DNA of 35,885 nt from a virus (Duplodnaviria; Caudoviricetes). Made by a program: the position numbers and the translations under genes. Below, one piece after another: positions 17,191 to 26,147 of this stretch. How positions within the stretch are numbered: the first letter of the stretch is position 1; each line of letters opens with the position of its first letter. The notes under the pieces were generated by a model that saw only the letters and a list, made by a program, of their open reading frames with translations, did no database searches and was not told where the DNA came from. The stretch spans positions 1-35,885 of IMG/VR virus record IMGVR_UViG_3300020568_000014; one strand, 5' to 3'.

Positions 17191-18006
17191 TCAGTTCTCC
17201 ATGTCGATGGCGTAGGCAACCCGACCGCTGACCCTGTAATCGACCGTGATTTCCTCGCCAACCTCGATCTTGCGCGTGGCAATCATGTCCACATGATCGT
17301 CAATTCCGGTCTGGACAAACTCCGCATTCGGGTCGTGCGAGTGGTTCGTGAACCGCCCAGCGATGCACCGCTTCTCGTCGCGACGAGCCGGGGCAATGAT
17401 CTCGTTCGCCATGATGACCCTGTTCGCGAACACGCCGATCCCGTGGATCGGTGACGGCTGCATGACCATGTTCCGGTAGCACGCATCTGTCTCGATGAGA
17501 TCGTTGGTCTGGCGCATACGAGCGTCGATGAACCCGAGCGGAAGACCGTACTCGCGGATGAACTGGTTGTAGTCCGACCGAGCCTTGCTAGCCCAATCAA
17601 ACTGGATGCCTTCCCGGCGGGTCTGCAAGATCGCAGCCTCGTCGGTCATGGCATCTTCAGCCTCCTCGACGGTCTTCGCGTCGGTGTGGATGATCGTTGT
17701 CCAGTAGGTGTCATCATGCGCGTATCCGACGCGCTTGTACCCCTTCGTCGCCGGAAGCACATGGAACCCGATCAGGCGCTGCATACCGTTGTCCGTGGTC
17801 ACGGTGATGTCGCCGTTGACGATGCACACATTGTCCAACTTGGTCAGCGTCCCGGTCACAGCCGTCCCGCCCGGAATGAAGATCGTCCGTGCGTACATCG
17901 AGCCGTGGATCAGGCTGGAGGTCTGCATATCGACCTGTGGCATCGCCATCAGCGCGGCCTCAAACCGACGAATACGGTCGATCTCAATCTGTGTTTCAGG
18001 TGACAT
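17191..18006 (-). CDS. cupin-like domain fused to a SET-domain (putative protein-lysine methyltransferase)
   Basis: N-terminus PQVDMQT...GSMYARTIFIPGGT...GDITV...GYKRVGYAHDDTYWTTIIH (phage cupin-like). C-terminus SPIHGIGVFA, RFTNHSHDPN, IATRKIEVGEEITVDY (SET motifs GxG, NHSxxPN, GEEITxDY). ATG 18006 with GAGGAGG SD. Confidence 0.85.
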   Translation of the reverse strand: MSPETQIEIDRIRRFEAALMAMPQVDMQTSSLIHGSMYARTIFIPGGTAVTGTLTKLDNVCIVNGDITVTTDNGMQRLIGFHVLPATKGYKRVGYAHDDTYWTTIIHTDAKTVEEAEDAMTDEAAILQTRREGIQFDWASKARSDYNQFIREYGLPLGFIDARMRQTNDLIETDACYRNMVMQPSPIHGIGVFANRVIMANEIIAPARRDEKRCIAGRFTNHSHDPNAEFVQTGIDDHVDMIATRKIEVGEEITVDYRVSGRVAYAIDMEN

Positions 18007-20131
18007 CGACAACGGTCCTCCTCGGCCCGACAGGTGCAAGGCTGGCTCCGATGCGTTCAAGGGCGAACGGATATCCGCTTGATGACAACCGCAGGAAGAT
18101 CGCATTGGCCCGGACCCGGCACTTCATCCGGTTGTTCTCGCCCTCCACAAGGTTCCCGAGGTTTGTGACGGTCGATGATTCAAACGCGGTCGCCGCGACA
18201 TCAGCAGTCACATTGGACAACGTCGCGATGATCGTTCCGCTTTCATCCGTGACCACATACCTGTATTCGCCGACCGCAGGATCCTCGGCGTACTCGCCGT
18301 TGACTTGCTGCTGGACGAACACTGGCCTGCCACCGTCCTGAAATCGAATGCCCCACCGATCAAATCCGCCGAATGTGTCTCGGACCAATTCGTATCTGCT
18401 GTCAGAATCCTCGTACACACGGGAAAGCGGCTTGACGAACGTGTCTTGCGTCGTGTATGTCCCGACAGTCGTTCTCGCGTACTGGCCGTCGAGATATCCG
18501 ACGATGGTCGGGCTTGCGCCGCCACCGTCATAGGTTGGCGATTGCGGGTCGGGGCTTCCGTCCGGGTTCGTCAACCCAGCATTGCCGCCATCGGCAAGAA
18601 TGGAAAGCACATCCGACACGAATACGCTGTTGATGCTTTCGGCGATTGCCTCTTGTGCCGTTTCAGCGGAAAGCAACGAAGCCGTCGGATTCGGCGCATT
18701 TCCCTTGACTGCCTCGTCTGGAAGGTATTGGTCGGCCCCAAGTTCGATCTGCACCTCGTTGCAGAACGCAAGTCCGGGCTGGCTTGAAACCATCGGGCCG
18801 ATGCTCACCCGAGTTTCAATTCTCTGGGCGATGGCCTCTCCGGTCGAGATCGTGCTTGTATACCCAGCAGCGGGATATCCGTCGATTCCAGCGATGATCT
18901 TCTGGTCGAAGAACCCGATCTGACCGTCCAGCGATCCAAACAGCGCAACCTGATTTCGACCGTCGGTCGTGAGCATCTGACAAGTCGAGTACGCCCCACG
19001 GAACGTCGGGTCGTACATCTTGTACGGGAAGAACCCGTCAGTCTGGTCCGAGTAGAACAGGTGCGTGCTGCTGTCAGGCTGGTCGGTTCGCGTAAGGAAG
19101 ATCCAGAGACCGCGACGCTCGACATCGTAAGACAGCGTGCAATTGATGTCTTCCCATTTCGTGGCGTTGAAGAACGAGTCGAGTTTGTTCAGCGACACCA
19201 ACTGACCACGGTCAATGTTGAAGTCGTTCGGAGTCAGTCGATACAGCCCATCCTGACCCATGACATAGACGGTCTTCTCCGGTCCGTTGCACCATGCGCG
19301 TGGACCGACAACGCCGACCGTCCTGCTCATCTGCTGGATCGTTGCACTGCCGAACACGGGATCCGCCGTCAACAGAGACATGGATCGCTTTCCGGCGAAG
19401 ATGATCGACCCCTGACCGAACGGAATCAGGGCGACAATCTCGTCGCCGGGAACGCCCCATATTCCAGTATTTCCGGCAATGGCTTCGTCTGCCGAGGCTG
19501 CTCCAGACCAATCGTCTGGGTCATTGATGTCAGACATCCACCAGATGTTCTCTTTCTGACGAACCCCGGCAAGAACGAGGCGAGTGCCGAACAAGGCAAT
19601 GATGGTCGCGGTATAAGCGACCCCACCTACTGTGTTCGTGACATTGTCCTCTGGCCCGTGCGATCCGTGTTCCCACGCAGACCACACTGGTGGGCTGGCG
19701 AACAGGTCTACCTTTCGGTAGTTGAGGCCATCGACGAAGTAGCAATACTGACCGCGCTGCACCGCCTCGACGCGACCGCTTGTCTGCAAGGCCGCACCGA
19801 GCAAACCAGTAGTGACTTGCGCGACTTGCGTAGGCGATGTGTCGCCCGGATCAAGAAAGTAGATCTTCCCTGCATTGACGATGAAGACGCGGTCCTTGAT
19901 GACCGGGGGAGATCCATTGAACGCCGATGTCCTGACAAGACACTGCACCGCACCGCTCGCAAACTTGTACGCACGATTGAAACCGGGTCTCGTTCCAAGC
20001 CGCACCTTGCGTCGGAACGGATCCATCGGGATCATGTTCAGGATGTCGTGCGTGTACCCCTCCGGTACACCGCTGTACACGGTGTCCGTCACCCAACCAC
20101 GAAGCGGGATGATGGCTTGGGTGTATGGCAT
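17996..20131 (-). CDS. tail nozzle / packaged-DNA stabilisation protein (P22 gp10 / T7 gp12-like beta-propeller)
   Basis: 711 aa, beta-rich. RPGF near the N-terminus, YFVDG, RLVLAG...WWMSDINDPDDW, GDEIVAL, VGVVGP. Sits immediately before the ejection genes. Confidence 0.75.
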   Translation of the reverse strand: MPYTQAIIPLRGWVTDTVYSGVPEGYTHDILNMIPMDPFRRKVRLGTRPGFNRAYKFASGAVQCLVRTSAFNGSPPVIKDRVFIVNAGKIYFLDPGDTSPTQVAQVTTGLLGAALQTSGRVEAVQRGQYCYFVDGLNYRKVDLFASPPVWSAWEHGSHGPEDNVTNTVGGVAYTATIIALFGTRLVLAGVRQKENIWWMSDINDPDDWSGAASADEAIAGNTGIWGVPGDEIVALIPFGQGSIIFAGKRSMSLLTADPVFGSATIQQMSRTVGVVGPRAWCNGPEKTVYVMGQDGLYRLTPNDFNIDRGQLVSLNKLDSFFNATKWEDINCTLSYDVERRGLWIFLTRTDQPDSSTHLFYSDQTDGFFPYKMYDPTFRGAYSTCQMLTTDGRNQVALFGSLDGQIGFFDQKIIAGIDGYPAAGYTSTISTGEAIAQRIETRVSIGPMVSSQPGLAFCNEVQIELGADQYLPDEAVKGNAPNPTASLLSAETAQEAIAESINSVFVSDVLSILADGGNAGLTNPDGSPDPQSPTYDGGGASPTIVGYLDGQYARTTVGTYTTQDTFVKPLSRVYEDSDSRYELVRDTFGGFDRWGIRFQDGGRPVFVQQQVNGEYAEDPAVGEYRYVVTDESGTIIATLSNVTADVAATAFESSTVTNLGNLVEGENNRMKCRVRANAIFLRLSSSGYPFALERIGASLAPVGPRRTVVDVT

Positions 20132-21201
20132 CAGAGGGCTCGGATGATGTAGTTCAATGCGATGGACGGCTGGAGGTTTGCGTTCGTGCCGTCCGATCCA
20201 GTGCTGTTGACCGTCGTCGATGTGGAGACCGTGATTCCTGTCGTGGAAGTACTGGTCGTTCTTGTCTGGTCGGTCTTCAGCCCACTCGTATTCATTCCCG
20301 ACGTGCTGGAAGGAGTTTCAAACCTCGAATAGGTGTGCGAGTGTCCGGGGTCGGTGACGCTGGATGTCGAGGTCGCGGTATGGGTGTGCGACACGACGAT
20401 GGCATCTGCCGATCCTGCGGTCGCTCCGAGCGTCGTGAGATACGAAGCCGTGTTCACGCCGACCGCAGTTCTGCCGCGAAGATCAGGAAGGTTGAATGTC
20501 GTGCTTCCGTTGCCGGAACCGAATGTCGTTGACAGGACACCGAAAAGCGCCGAATAAGTGCTTCTGCTCACGGCAGATCCGTTGCAGACCAGCCATTGGG
20601 ACGATGGGGCAGACGATCCAGCATATGGAAGCACGGAACCGATTGGAACCAGAACTTGCAGAACGTCCGTCGCCAACTTCGCGAATGTGACGGCAGAAGA
20701 AGCAATCTTGTCGGCCACGACCTCCGAGTCCGTCAGGTGTGCCGTGCTAGACCAGTTCGTCCACGCCGTTCCGTTCCAGAGCCTGACCCACTGCCGAAGA
20801 TCGGAACCGCTGCTGCTGTACTGCGTCAGCAACTGCTGGACATGGGTCGTGAGCGACGGGTATGCGTGGGTCGTGACGATCAAGGTGGAGACCGAGTCGG
20901 CATCGACCGCAGATGCGAAGTCGGTCGGCACGTTCGTGAACGTCGATCCGCCGGGAGTGATGCTGTTCAGCCGATACCGACCCATCACGCGATAGCGGGT
21001 GCTGTTCAGGTCGAGATCGACGGCAGGATTCACGGACACGTTCGGGAACTGGTAGTACGCAAGGTTCTGCCACTGCGTCGTTCCGTCGCCGATCTTCAGG
21101 TTCCCGGTGTCGGTCTCGTACCCGAACTCACCAGACGCAAGCACGGTGGTGCTTCCCCAGTTCGCGGCAAGGTCTCGTCGGATTTGGATCTTGACTGACA
21201 T
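20131..21201 (-). CDS. tail fibre protein: Mtd_N/hyaluronidase-type N-terminal anchor plus phage tail collar domain
   Basis: IQIRRDLAANW...LASGEFGYETDTGNLKIGDG; PIGSVLPYAG..AP..WLVCNGSAVSRSTYSALF..GNGSTTFNLPDLRGR; SHTH/GHSH; NLQPSIALNYIIR. Confidence 0.9.
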   Translation of the reverse strand: MSVKIQIRRDLAANWGSTTVLASGEFGYETDTGNLKIGDGTTQWQNLAYYQFPNVSVNPAVDLDLNSTRYRVMGRYRLNSITPGGSTFTNVPTDFASAVDADSVSTLIVTTHAYPSLTTHVQQLLTQYSSSGSDLRQWVRLWNGTAWTNWSSTAHLTDSEVVADKIASSAVTFAKLATDVLQVLVPIGSVLPYAGSSAPSSQWLVCNGSAVSRSTYSALFGVLSTTFGSGNGSTTFNLPDLRGRTAVGVNTASYLTTLGATAGSADAIVVSHTHTATSTSSVTDPGHSHTYSRFETPSSTSGMNTSGLKTDQTRTTSTSTTGITVSTSTTVNSTGSDGTNANLQPSIALNYIIRAL

Positions 21202-21428
21202 TAGTTCTTCTCCTCGACGTAGGACGGCGGCACGCAGTACCAGCCTTCCTGAATCCGCACCTCGTTGTCACCCAACTGCCACCCGTCAGCCGTCTTGACG
21301 TACACCCGGCCCCGAACGTCCGGTCCCATCCTGATCGGGCTTGACTCGCTCACCAGAACCGTGCGCGTGCATCCACTCGCGAATGCGAGACCCAGCGCGA
21401 CGAAGCACATGAGGATGAACATGAGCAT
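21201..21428 (-). CDS. lipoprotein, putative o-spanin (Rz1-like)
   Basis: Hydrophobic signal MLMFILMCFVALGLAF followed by lipobox ASG-C. Overlaps 21286..21510 in another frame; downstream of the holin. Confidence 0.65.
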   Translation of the reverse strand: MLMFILMCFVALGLAFASGCTRTVLVSESSPIRMGPDVRGRVYVKTADGWQLGDNEVRIQEGWYCVPPSYVEEKN

Positions 21429-21510
21429 CAACGCCTTCGCCTCGCTTGGGAAGGACGCTGGTCGCCCATTGCAGCAGGGACATGAAGAGCGCTCGCAGGA
21501 AGTCATGCAC
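21286..21510 (-). CDS. putative i-spanin-like (Rz-like) small protein
   Basis: GTG start 3 nt after the holin stop; moderately hydrophobic N-terminus; overlapped by the lipoprotein gene. Confidence 0.45.
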   Translation of the reverse strand: MHDFLRALFMSLLQWATSVLPKRGEGVDAHVHPHVLRRAGSRIREWMHAHGSGERVKPDQDGTGRSGPGVRQDG

Positions 21511-21513
21511 GCC

Positions 21514-21708
21514 TCAAGCCTTCTTGTTGTCCTTGGCGAAGATCAGGCCGATGCCAGCCATGATCGCGGCGATGAGCGCAGCGAAGTCGGGCTTGGTGGT
21601 CGGATCCGCATCGGTCAGGGCGGTCAGCGCAGCGCCTCCAGCGACCATGATCGCGGCGATCCCAGCGCCAGTGGTCTTCCAAGACGAGTTCTTGATCATG
21701 TCGGTCAT
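21514..21708 (-). CDS. putative holin (2 TM)
   Basis: SWKTT.AG start, two hydrophobic segments, basic tail AKDNKKA. Confidence 0.7.
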   Translation of the reverse strand: MTDMIKNSSWKTTGAGIAAIMVAGGAALTALTDADPTTKPDFAALIAAIMAGIGLIFAKDNKKA

Positions 21709-21911
21709 CGGTCGTTCCTTTCGAGTTTCGCCTCGATCTTGTCGAGGCGCTTGCTCACGCTTTCCTGATTCGTCGCGACTTGCATGAGCAGGCGGTCGTG
21801 GTTGATGTACGCCGGGATGAGCATCCCAAGGAGCGTGATCACGATTGCGACAATCGCGATCCAGTTGGCGGTGGACAGGCTCACCTTGATGTTCGTGTTT
21901 TCGATTGTCAT
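21705..21911 (-). CDS. small membrane protein, 1 TM plus coiled coil (holin/antiholin/XhlA-like)
   Basis: WIAIVAIVITLLGMLIPAY followed by VSKRLDKIEAKLE. Start re-called at ATG 21911; ATGA overlap with the holin. Confidence 0.65.
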   Translation of the reverse strand: MTIENTNIKVSLSTANWIAIVAIVITLLGMLIPAYINHDRLLMQVATNQESVSKRLDKIEAKLERNDR

Positions 21912-21916
21912 GGCTT

Positions 21917-22150
21917 TCAGACTTCCTGCTCTGTGATGATGTTGAACTGCTGTTTCTGCGCGTCGGTCAAGCCATTGCAGATGAGAACCCAATTGCCAGC
22001 GTATTGGTCTTCCTCTCCTTCGGAATCGGATACTGACGCTGGCCCGATCCGACTGAACAACGAAGAGCCGATCCTGCGGAACGCGCCAGAACCGACGCAC
22101 GCCTCCGCGAACGAGTCGAAATCAGGGGAAGCGATGATGTACTTCTTCAT
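21917..22150 (-). CDS. small hypothetical protein (possible tail fibre chaperone)
   Basis: ATG 22150 overlaps the TGA of the upstream gene; 77 aa. Function is a positional guess. Confidence 0.55.
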   Translation of the reverse strand: MKKYIIASPDFDSFAEACVGSGAFRRIGSSLFSRIGPASVSDSEGEEDQYAGNWVLICNGLTDAQKQQFNIITEQEV

Positions 22151-23391
22151 TCCGCGTTCCCTAGTTCCAGTGCGCGAATTTCCGCGAGTGAGAGAACACG
22201 TTCCCACACGCCGATTTTCCTGATGTAATGCTGGGTGCGGCCCGCCGTAGTGGAATCACCTTCATGGCTCAATGCCACAGGAAACCCCATCGGATATGGC
22301 CCAAATTGTTCCCCGTTGATTGTCACGAACATTTGCTGCGTTGATTTGGTGTACCGGATCGAGATCTTGCAAATCTGTTCATCCAAAACCGCCAAGCCAT
22401 CAATCTCATCACCATTGATGTCTGTTCCAAACAAAAGGACGTTTGCGGCGGCATCGACAGAAATACCTAGATATCCAACGTATGTCTGGTTGACTTCACA
22501 ATTAGCCGCAAAAATTGTCGCGCCACTTCCACGCAAAGTAAGCACTTCGTGGTAAATCGTTACTTCTTCTCTCGGTGTCACATCATCCGGCAGGAACTCT
22601 GTAACTGCGTAACTGATAGCATCATTCAATGCGCTTGCGGTTCCAGACGTTGTCGTGTTGATGAGAACTTCTGTCATTTGTGCAGTAGCGGCAGTTCCGG
22701 TTTCGTAATCTGCGGCCCACAAATCAATTGAAGTTCCCGAATTCGGCAAGCGAATTCCGAGAGTTGGAGTCGCCAACGTGGCGTTTATTCCAAACTGCGT
22801 CCACGTTGGCGTGACGTTGCATGACTGAACAGTGGAGAAGGCGTTGAGGGTCATGTGCATCGCAACATCAGCAGAGGTCGCAGATCTTGCAAATACATAG
22901 AAGCGACGGGATCCACTAACTCCGGCTCTCGTTTGAGTCAATGATGCATTGTTTGCCGTTGCTGTCACTCGCGTGGCCGAAGTGGAGGTATTCGGGCTGG
23001 CAACGGAACTGGTTGTCATGTTCGTCCTTGTCCAAGACGAACCACCAAAGTTGTTGCTGCCCCACAAGAGATTTCTGGATGCGCTCGGAACACGCAAGCC
23101 AAGTATCGAATCGTCAGAAAAGTCAAACTTGTAGGCAATCTCGCCGTTCAGAACGCTGGTTCGGTCGTTTGCTGGAACATAGGGGCCAGTTCCGTTCGAT
23201 ATCGATTGCAAGCCGTATTCGTACACCAACCCGTTCAATTCACGGGCAATCGCTGAAATTCTCCTTACCCGGTTGTCTTTCGTGAAGTCGGCATACGCAA
23301 GCGCTCCGAACGGCAACTGAACGTCAGGGACACGCTGGACATAGTCCCGCAAGTCGAGCGACGCAAGAGAATTGATTCTCCTGATTTTCAC
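22147..23391 (-). CDS. putative tail spike/fibre protein with carbohydrate-binding-like and LamG-like beta domains
   Basis: RNLLWGSNNF..SSW, ATRVTATA, IDLWAADYETG..AT and C-terminal YIRKIGVWERVLSLAEIRAL (LamG-like end). GTG 23391 overlaps the upstream TGA. Confidence 0.6.
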   Translation of the reverse strand: MKIRRINSLASLDLRDYVQRVPDVQLPFGALAYADFTKDNRVRRISAIARELNGLVYEYGLQSISNGTGPYVPANDRTSVLNGEIAYKFDFSDDSILGLRVPSASRNLLWGSNNFGGSSWTRTNMTTSSVASPNTSTSATRVTATANNASLTQTRAGVSGSRRFYVFARSATSADVAMHMTLNAFSTVQSCNVTPTWTQFGINATLATPTLGIRLPNSGTSIDLWAADYETGTAATAQMTEVLINTTTSGTASALNDAISYAVTEFLPDDVTPREEVTIYHEVLTLRGSGATIFAANCEVNQTYVGYLGISVDAAANVLLFGTDINGDEIDGLAVLDEQICKISIRYTKSTQQMFVTINGEQFGPYPMGFPVALSHEGDSTTAGRTQHYIRKIGVWERVLSLAEIRALELGNAE

Positions 23392-24020
23392 AGAGAATGC
23401 CAAATCACGTTGGCGTGTGGCTCCCCGGTGTAACTGGTGCAGAAGAATCGAACGTCAATCCACTGGCATCCGAGAGTGTCAATTACCACGCACGCTCCAC
23501 CGAAATCCGCACTGCCTGCATTGTCGGTTGGCGCATTGAAGATCTTGCCGTCGCCTGATGTCTTGACGATGGCTGTCATCGCACCCCATGGAAAACTTAC
23601 TTTATTAGTGTTGTTCCATGCTGCCCAACCATTGGTGGCTCGCGTCAGAGTTGCCCCAAATAGATGGGTCGGCCACCACAACCTTGCGGCAGGAGACACA
23701 CCCCCAGAAGCAGTAAAACTGTCATCTCTCGACCATCCATACACACGCATTTTCAATCCAGTGATTGTGTGCGACGCGTTATCGCGAAACGCAACCGGAT
23801 ACAACTTCATCAAGGACGAACCCTCTGTTTGCCATGCAATAACCCCTGACGAAAAGTCAGATGATGGAGGAGTAATTTGTCCGATGTTGGTTGGATTTGG
23901 TAACGCTAGGGAATCATCAACTACTGCCGCGCAATTGAAACTAAACTTCGGGATTCTGATCGGGGTGACAATGTGCGACGAGACTGCGATGCCGGGGATG
24001 GGTTGCTTGCGAGTTGTCAT
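23388..24020 (-). CDS. hypothetical beta-rich virion/tail protein
   Basis: 210 aa in the tail module, tightly packed with its neighbours. No family recognised. Confidence 0.6.
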   Translation of the reverse strand: MTTRKQPIPGIAVSSHIVTPIRIPKFSFNCAAVVDDSLALPNPTNIGQITPPSSDFSSGVIAWQTEGSSLMKLYPVAFRDNASHTITGLKMRVYGWSRDDSFTASGGVSPAARLWWPTHLFGATLTRATNGWAAWNNTNKVSFPWGAMTAIVKTSGDGKIFNAPTDNAGSADFGGACVVIDTLGCQWIDVRFFCTSYTGEPHANVIWHSL

Positions 24021-24023
24021 GGA

Positions 24024-24821
24024 TTACCAATTCTGAAGCGGAATGCGCTTCCAAGTGTTTTGCGCGATGCACACATAGAAACTTGAAACATCCCAACCGA
24101 TGTCGCCGGGTTCGCCAACGGAACTCGACGATGCCGGGGCGTTCTGGTCAACGATGCGGATCGACCGCACCCGAAGCCCGGAATTCATCTGGATGAACTC
24201 TCGGATGATCGAGATCGCATCAGCGCCATTGACATGGATCGTGAGCCTGCTGTCGGTGCTGATCACGTTCTCGTTGATGACCATGCCGTCAACAACGAGC
24301 GACCCGACATCAATTGATTCCATGACCAACTGGCCGGGAAGAACGTCGGATGCGTGGTGCTTGTGGACAGACGCGGCTCGCTGGTTGATCGCGGATTCAA
24401 GACCGTCAATCTGCGAGATGGGATGCGTGTGTGCCGCTGCCGCTCTGGTTGCCAGCGCTTCCTCCATGCCGACGATGGACATCGCCTCATGGGTATGGGC
24501 CGCTGGCGCAGCGCGAATCGACTGCGGTGTCACATCGCGCCATTCAGTCGCGAAGTCCTCGCCGTTCGACTTGGCAAGGAATTGACCTGACGATCCGCCC
24601 GGAGCAACACCGGGTCCGGTCGCTCCGTCATCGCCGTTGCGCCCGTCCTGACCGTTCATGCCGTTGCCGCCGCCGATGGCGACAAGACCCCAATTGGGTG
24701 AACTGACGGACGGCTGCTCGCCCTTGGTCATGCGACGAGCGGCGAACGAACTGTTGCCGAACAGCACCACATCGTTCGGGCTGTACAGCAGATCAGGGTT
24801 GTATTGTCCCTTGTAGTTCAT
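24024..24821 (-). CDS. tail fibre-like protein with collagen-like GXY run and HxH repeats
   Basis: YKGQY...Y.PNDVV..G.SF.A...P....W module; GMNGQDGRNGDDGATGPG; GG.SGQFLAK; three A..H.H repeats (AHTHPISQIDGL); C-terminal G.PGDIGWD..FYVCIAQNTWKRIPL. Confidence 0.8.
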   Translation of the reverse strand: MNYKGQYNPDLLYSPNDVVLFGNSSFAARRMTKGEQPSVSSPNWGLVAIGGGNGMNGQDGRNGDDGATGPGVAPGGSSGQFLAKSNGEDFATEWRDVTPQSIRAAPAAHTHEAMSIVGMEEALATRAAAAHTHPISQIDGLESAINQRAASVHKHHASDVLPGQLVMESIDVGSLVVDGMVINENVISTDSRLTIHVNGADAISIIREFIQMNSGLRVRSIRIVDQNAPASSSSVGEPGDIGWDVSSFYVCIAQNTWKRIPLQNW

Positions 24822-24823
24822 GG

Positions 24824-25564
24824 TCAACTCGGGTTCTGGACATAGCCGTAGTCAGGGCGGGTCCAGTTGATGGAGACAGGGCTGCGCGACGGGCGGATGC
24901 GCCCGAGATCGCGCTGAAGAAGACCGTCCTTGGTCGAAGCCGTGGCAAGCAGCGGCCCGCCATCGATCTCGACCAGACGAGCAGACAGCCCCTCATCTTC
25001 ATACGCCTGCGCGAATGCGCGGCAGTAGGCGATGAACAGGGCATCGCAGTACTTCGGAATCGGGATCTCCCACGAATCCGCAGCGCCGTCGGCGATGTTG
25101 ACCCATCCAGCCCGGTAGCGAATGGCGATAGCGTCGGCAACCGCTCCCGTCGGGGTCGGGTAGATGTCCAGACGGACGGCAGGAAGCGCCGCGCCGTCGC
25201 TCGGCGGGGTGCGGGTGAAGACTGCATGGGTCACGCCCGGACCCGTCATGGTCAGCCCAAGTTGCCGCAACTGCTCCATGTGGTCGGGCGTGACCATCTC
25301 GATCAGGTAGCCGAGCGACTCCAGCGAGATGATCGACAGGAGTTCCTCCGCGTCCGACGGCAGGGCGATGTAGTTCTGGTTGGCGACCAGCGACAGGTAC
25401 TTGCTGGTGCGCTCCCGAAACCGCCAAGGTCGCGAGTACAGGTACTGCCCAGCCTGATTCACGATCTCGGCAAGGCGAGCATTGCGCGTCTGCCCCGGCG
25501 CGAGCGACGGGTATCCGCCGACGGCAAGGACAGCATGGTTCTTGGCTTCAGCGAAGGTCGGCAT
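24824..25564 (-). CDS. head-tail adaptor / tail tubular protein A-like
   Basis: MPTFAEAK start; VNQA...WRFRE...LVANQNYIALPSD; LDIYPTP...IRY; IPKYCDALFIAY. Follows the capsid genes. Confidence 0.7.
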   Translation of the reverse strand: MPTFAEAKNHAVLAVGGYPSLAPGQTRNARLAEIVNQAGQYLYSRPWRFRERTSKYLSLVANQNYIALPSDAEELLSIISLESLGYLIEMVTPDHMEQLRQLGLTMTGPGVTHAVFTRTPPSDGAALPAVRLDIYPTPTGAVADAIAIRYRAGWVNIADGAADSWEIPIPKYCDALFIAYCRAFAQAYEDEGLSARLVEIDGGPLLATASTKDGLLQRDLGRIRPSRSPVSINWTRPDYGYVQNPS

Positions 25565-25570
25565 GGAAAT

Positions 25571-25598
25571 CCGCTTGGGGGGTTTCCCCCCCAAGCGG
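25571..25598 (-). terminator. 12-bp GC stem with GAAA loop after the capsid/decoration genes (weak terminator or stabilising hairpin)
   Basis: CCGCTTGGGGGG-GAAA-CCCCCCAAGCGG followed by only ATTTCC and then ATG. Confidence 0.55.
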
Positions 25599-25613
25599 TG
25601 ATGGTTGAGTCAA

Positions 25614-26117
25614 TCAGACGAAGGTCGAAGTCCAGAAACCGCCGTTCAGGAGAACCTGAATCTGCCCGGTTCCCGACGCGAGCGCCTCAAGGGCGATTGC
25701 GCCGATGTTGGTTCCGGTCGCGGACCCGGTCGCCGGGTCGAACTGACCAGCGGTGTCCGAAACGAGCAGACGGGTTCCACGCGAAACGGCGCTGGTCGCA
25801 ACGACCTTCGCCTTGCAAGTGCCGCCAATCTGCACATCGACAATCGTGCCGACGTTACCCGTGCCTTCCGTGCCAAGACCAACGACCACGCCGAGGTGAC
25901 CGTTGTGCAGCGCTTCATTTCCTGCGGCAGGGCGAACATTGGAGAACGGACCAGCCTCCAACTGCGCGATGGTGGTTGCGGGGTAGGTGTAAGCGTTGTG
26001 CGCGTGCGAGGTCACGACCACATCGCCGACGGCGACGGTCGCGCTCTGCACGATCATCTTGAACACGTTGCCATGCGGCTGGAAGCCGATGGGACCAGAG
26101 GTGGGAGCGAAGATCAT
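25614..26117 (-). CDS. capsid decoration/cement protein
   Basis: 167 aa directly after the MCP. VAVGDVVV, GVVV, VQIGG.CKAKV, G..L, GAIALEA pattern. AAAGGA SD. Confidence 0.7.
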   Translation of the reverse strand: MIFAPTSGPIGFQPHGNVFKMIVQSATVAVGDVVVTSHAHNAYTYPATTIAQLEAGPFSNVRPAAGNEALHNGHLGVVVGLGTEGTGNVGTIVDVQIGGTCKAKVVATSAVSRGTRLLVSDTAGQFDPATGSATGTNIGAIALEALASGTGQIQVLLNGGFWTSTFV

Positions 26118-26147
26118 TGAGATCAGTCCTTTCTTTGTGTGATGTCA

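Noticed and set aside
20131-21201. Diversity-generating retroelement suggested by the Mtd_N-like domain
   Set aside because: No reverse transcriptase, no TR/VR repeat pair noticed, and the C-terminus is a tail collar type rather than a C-type lectin.
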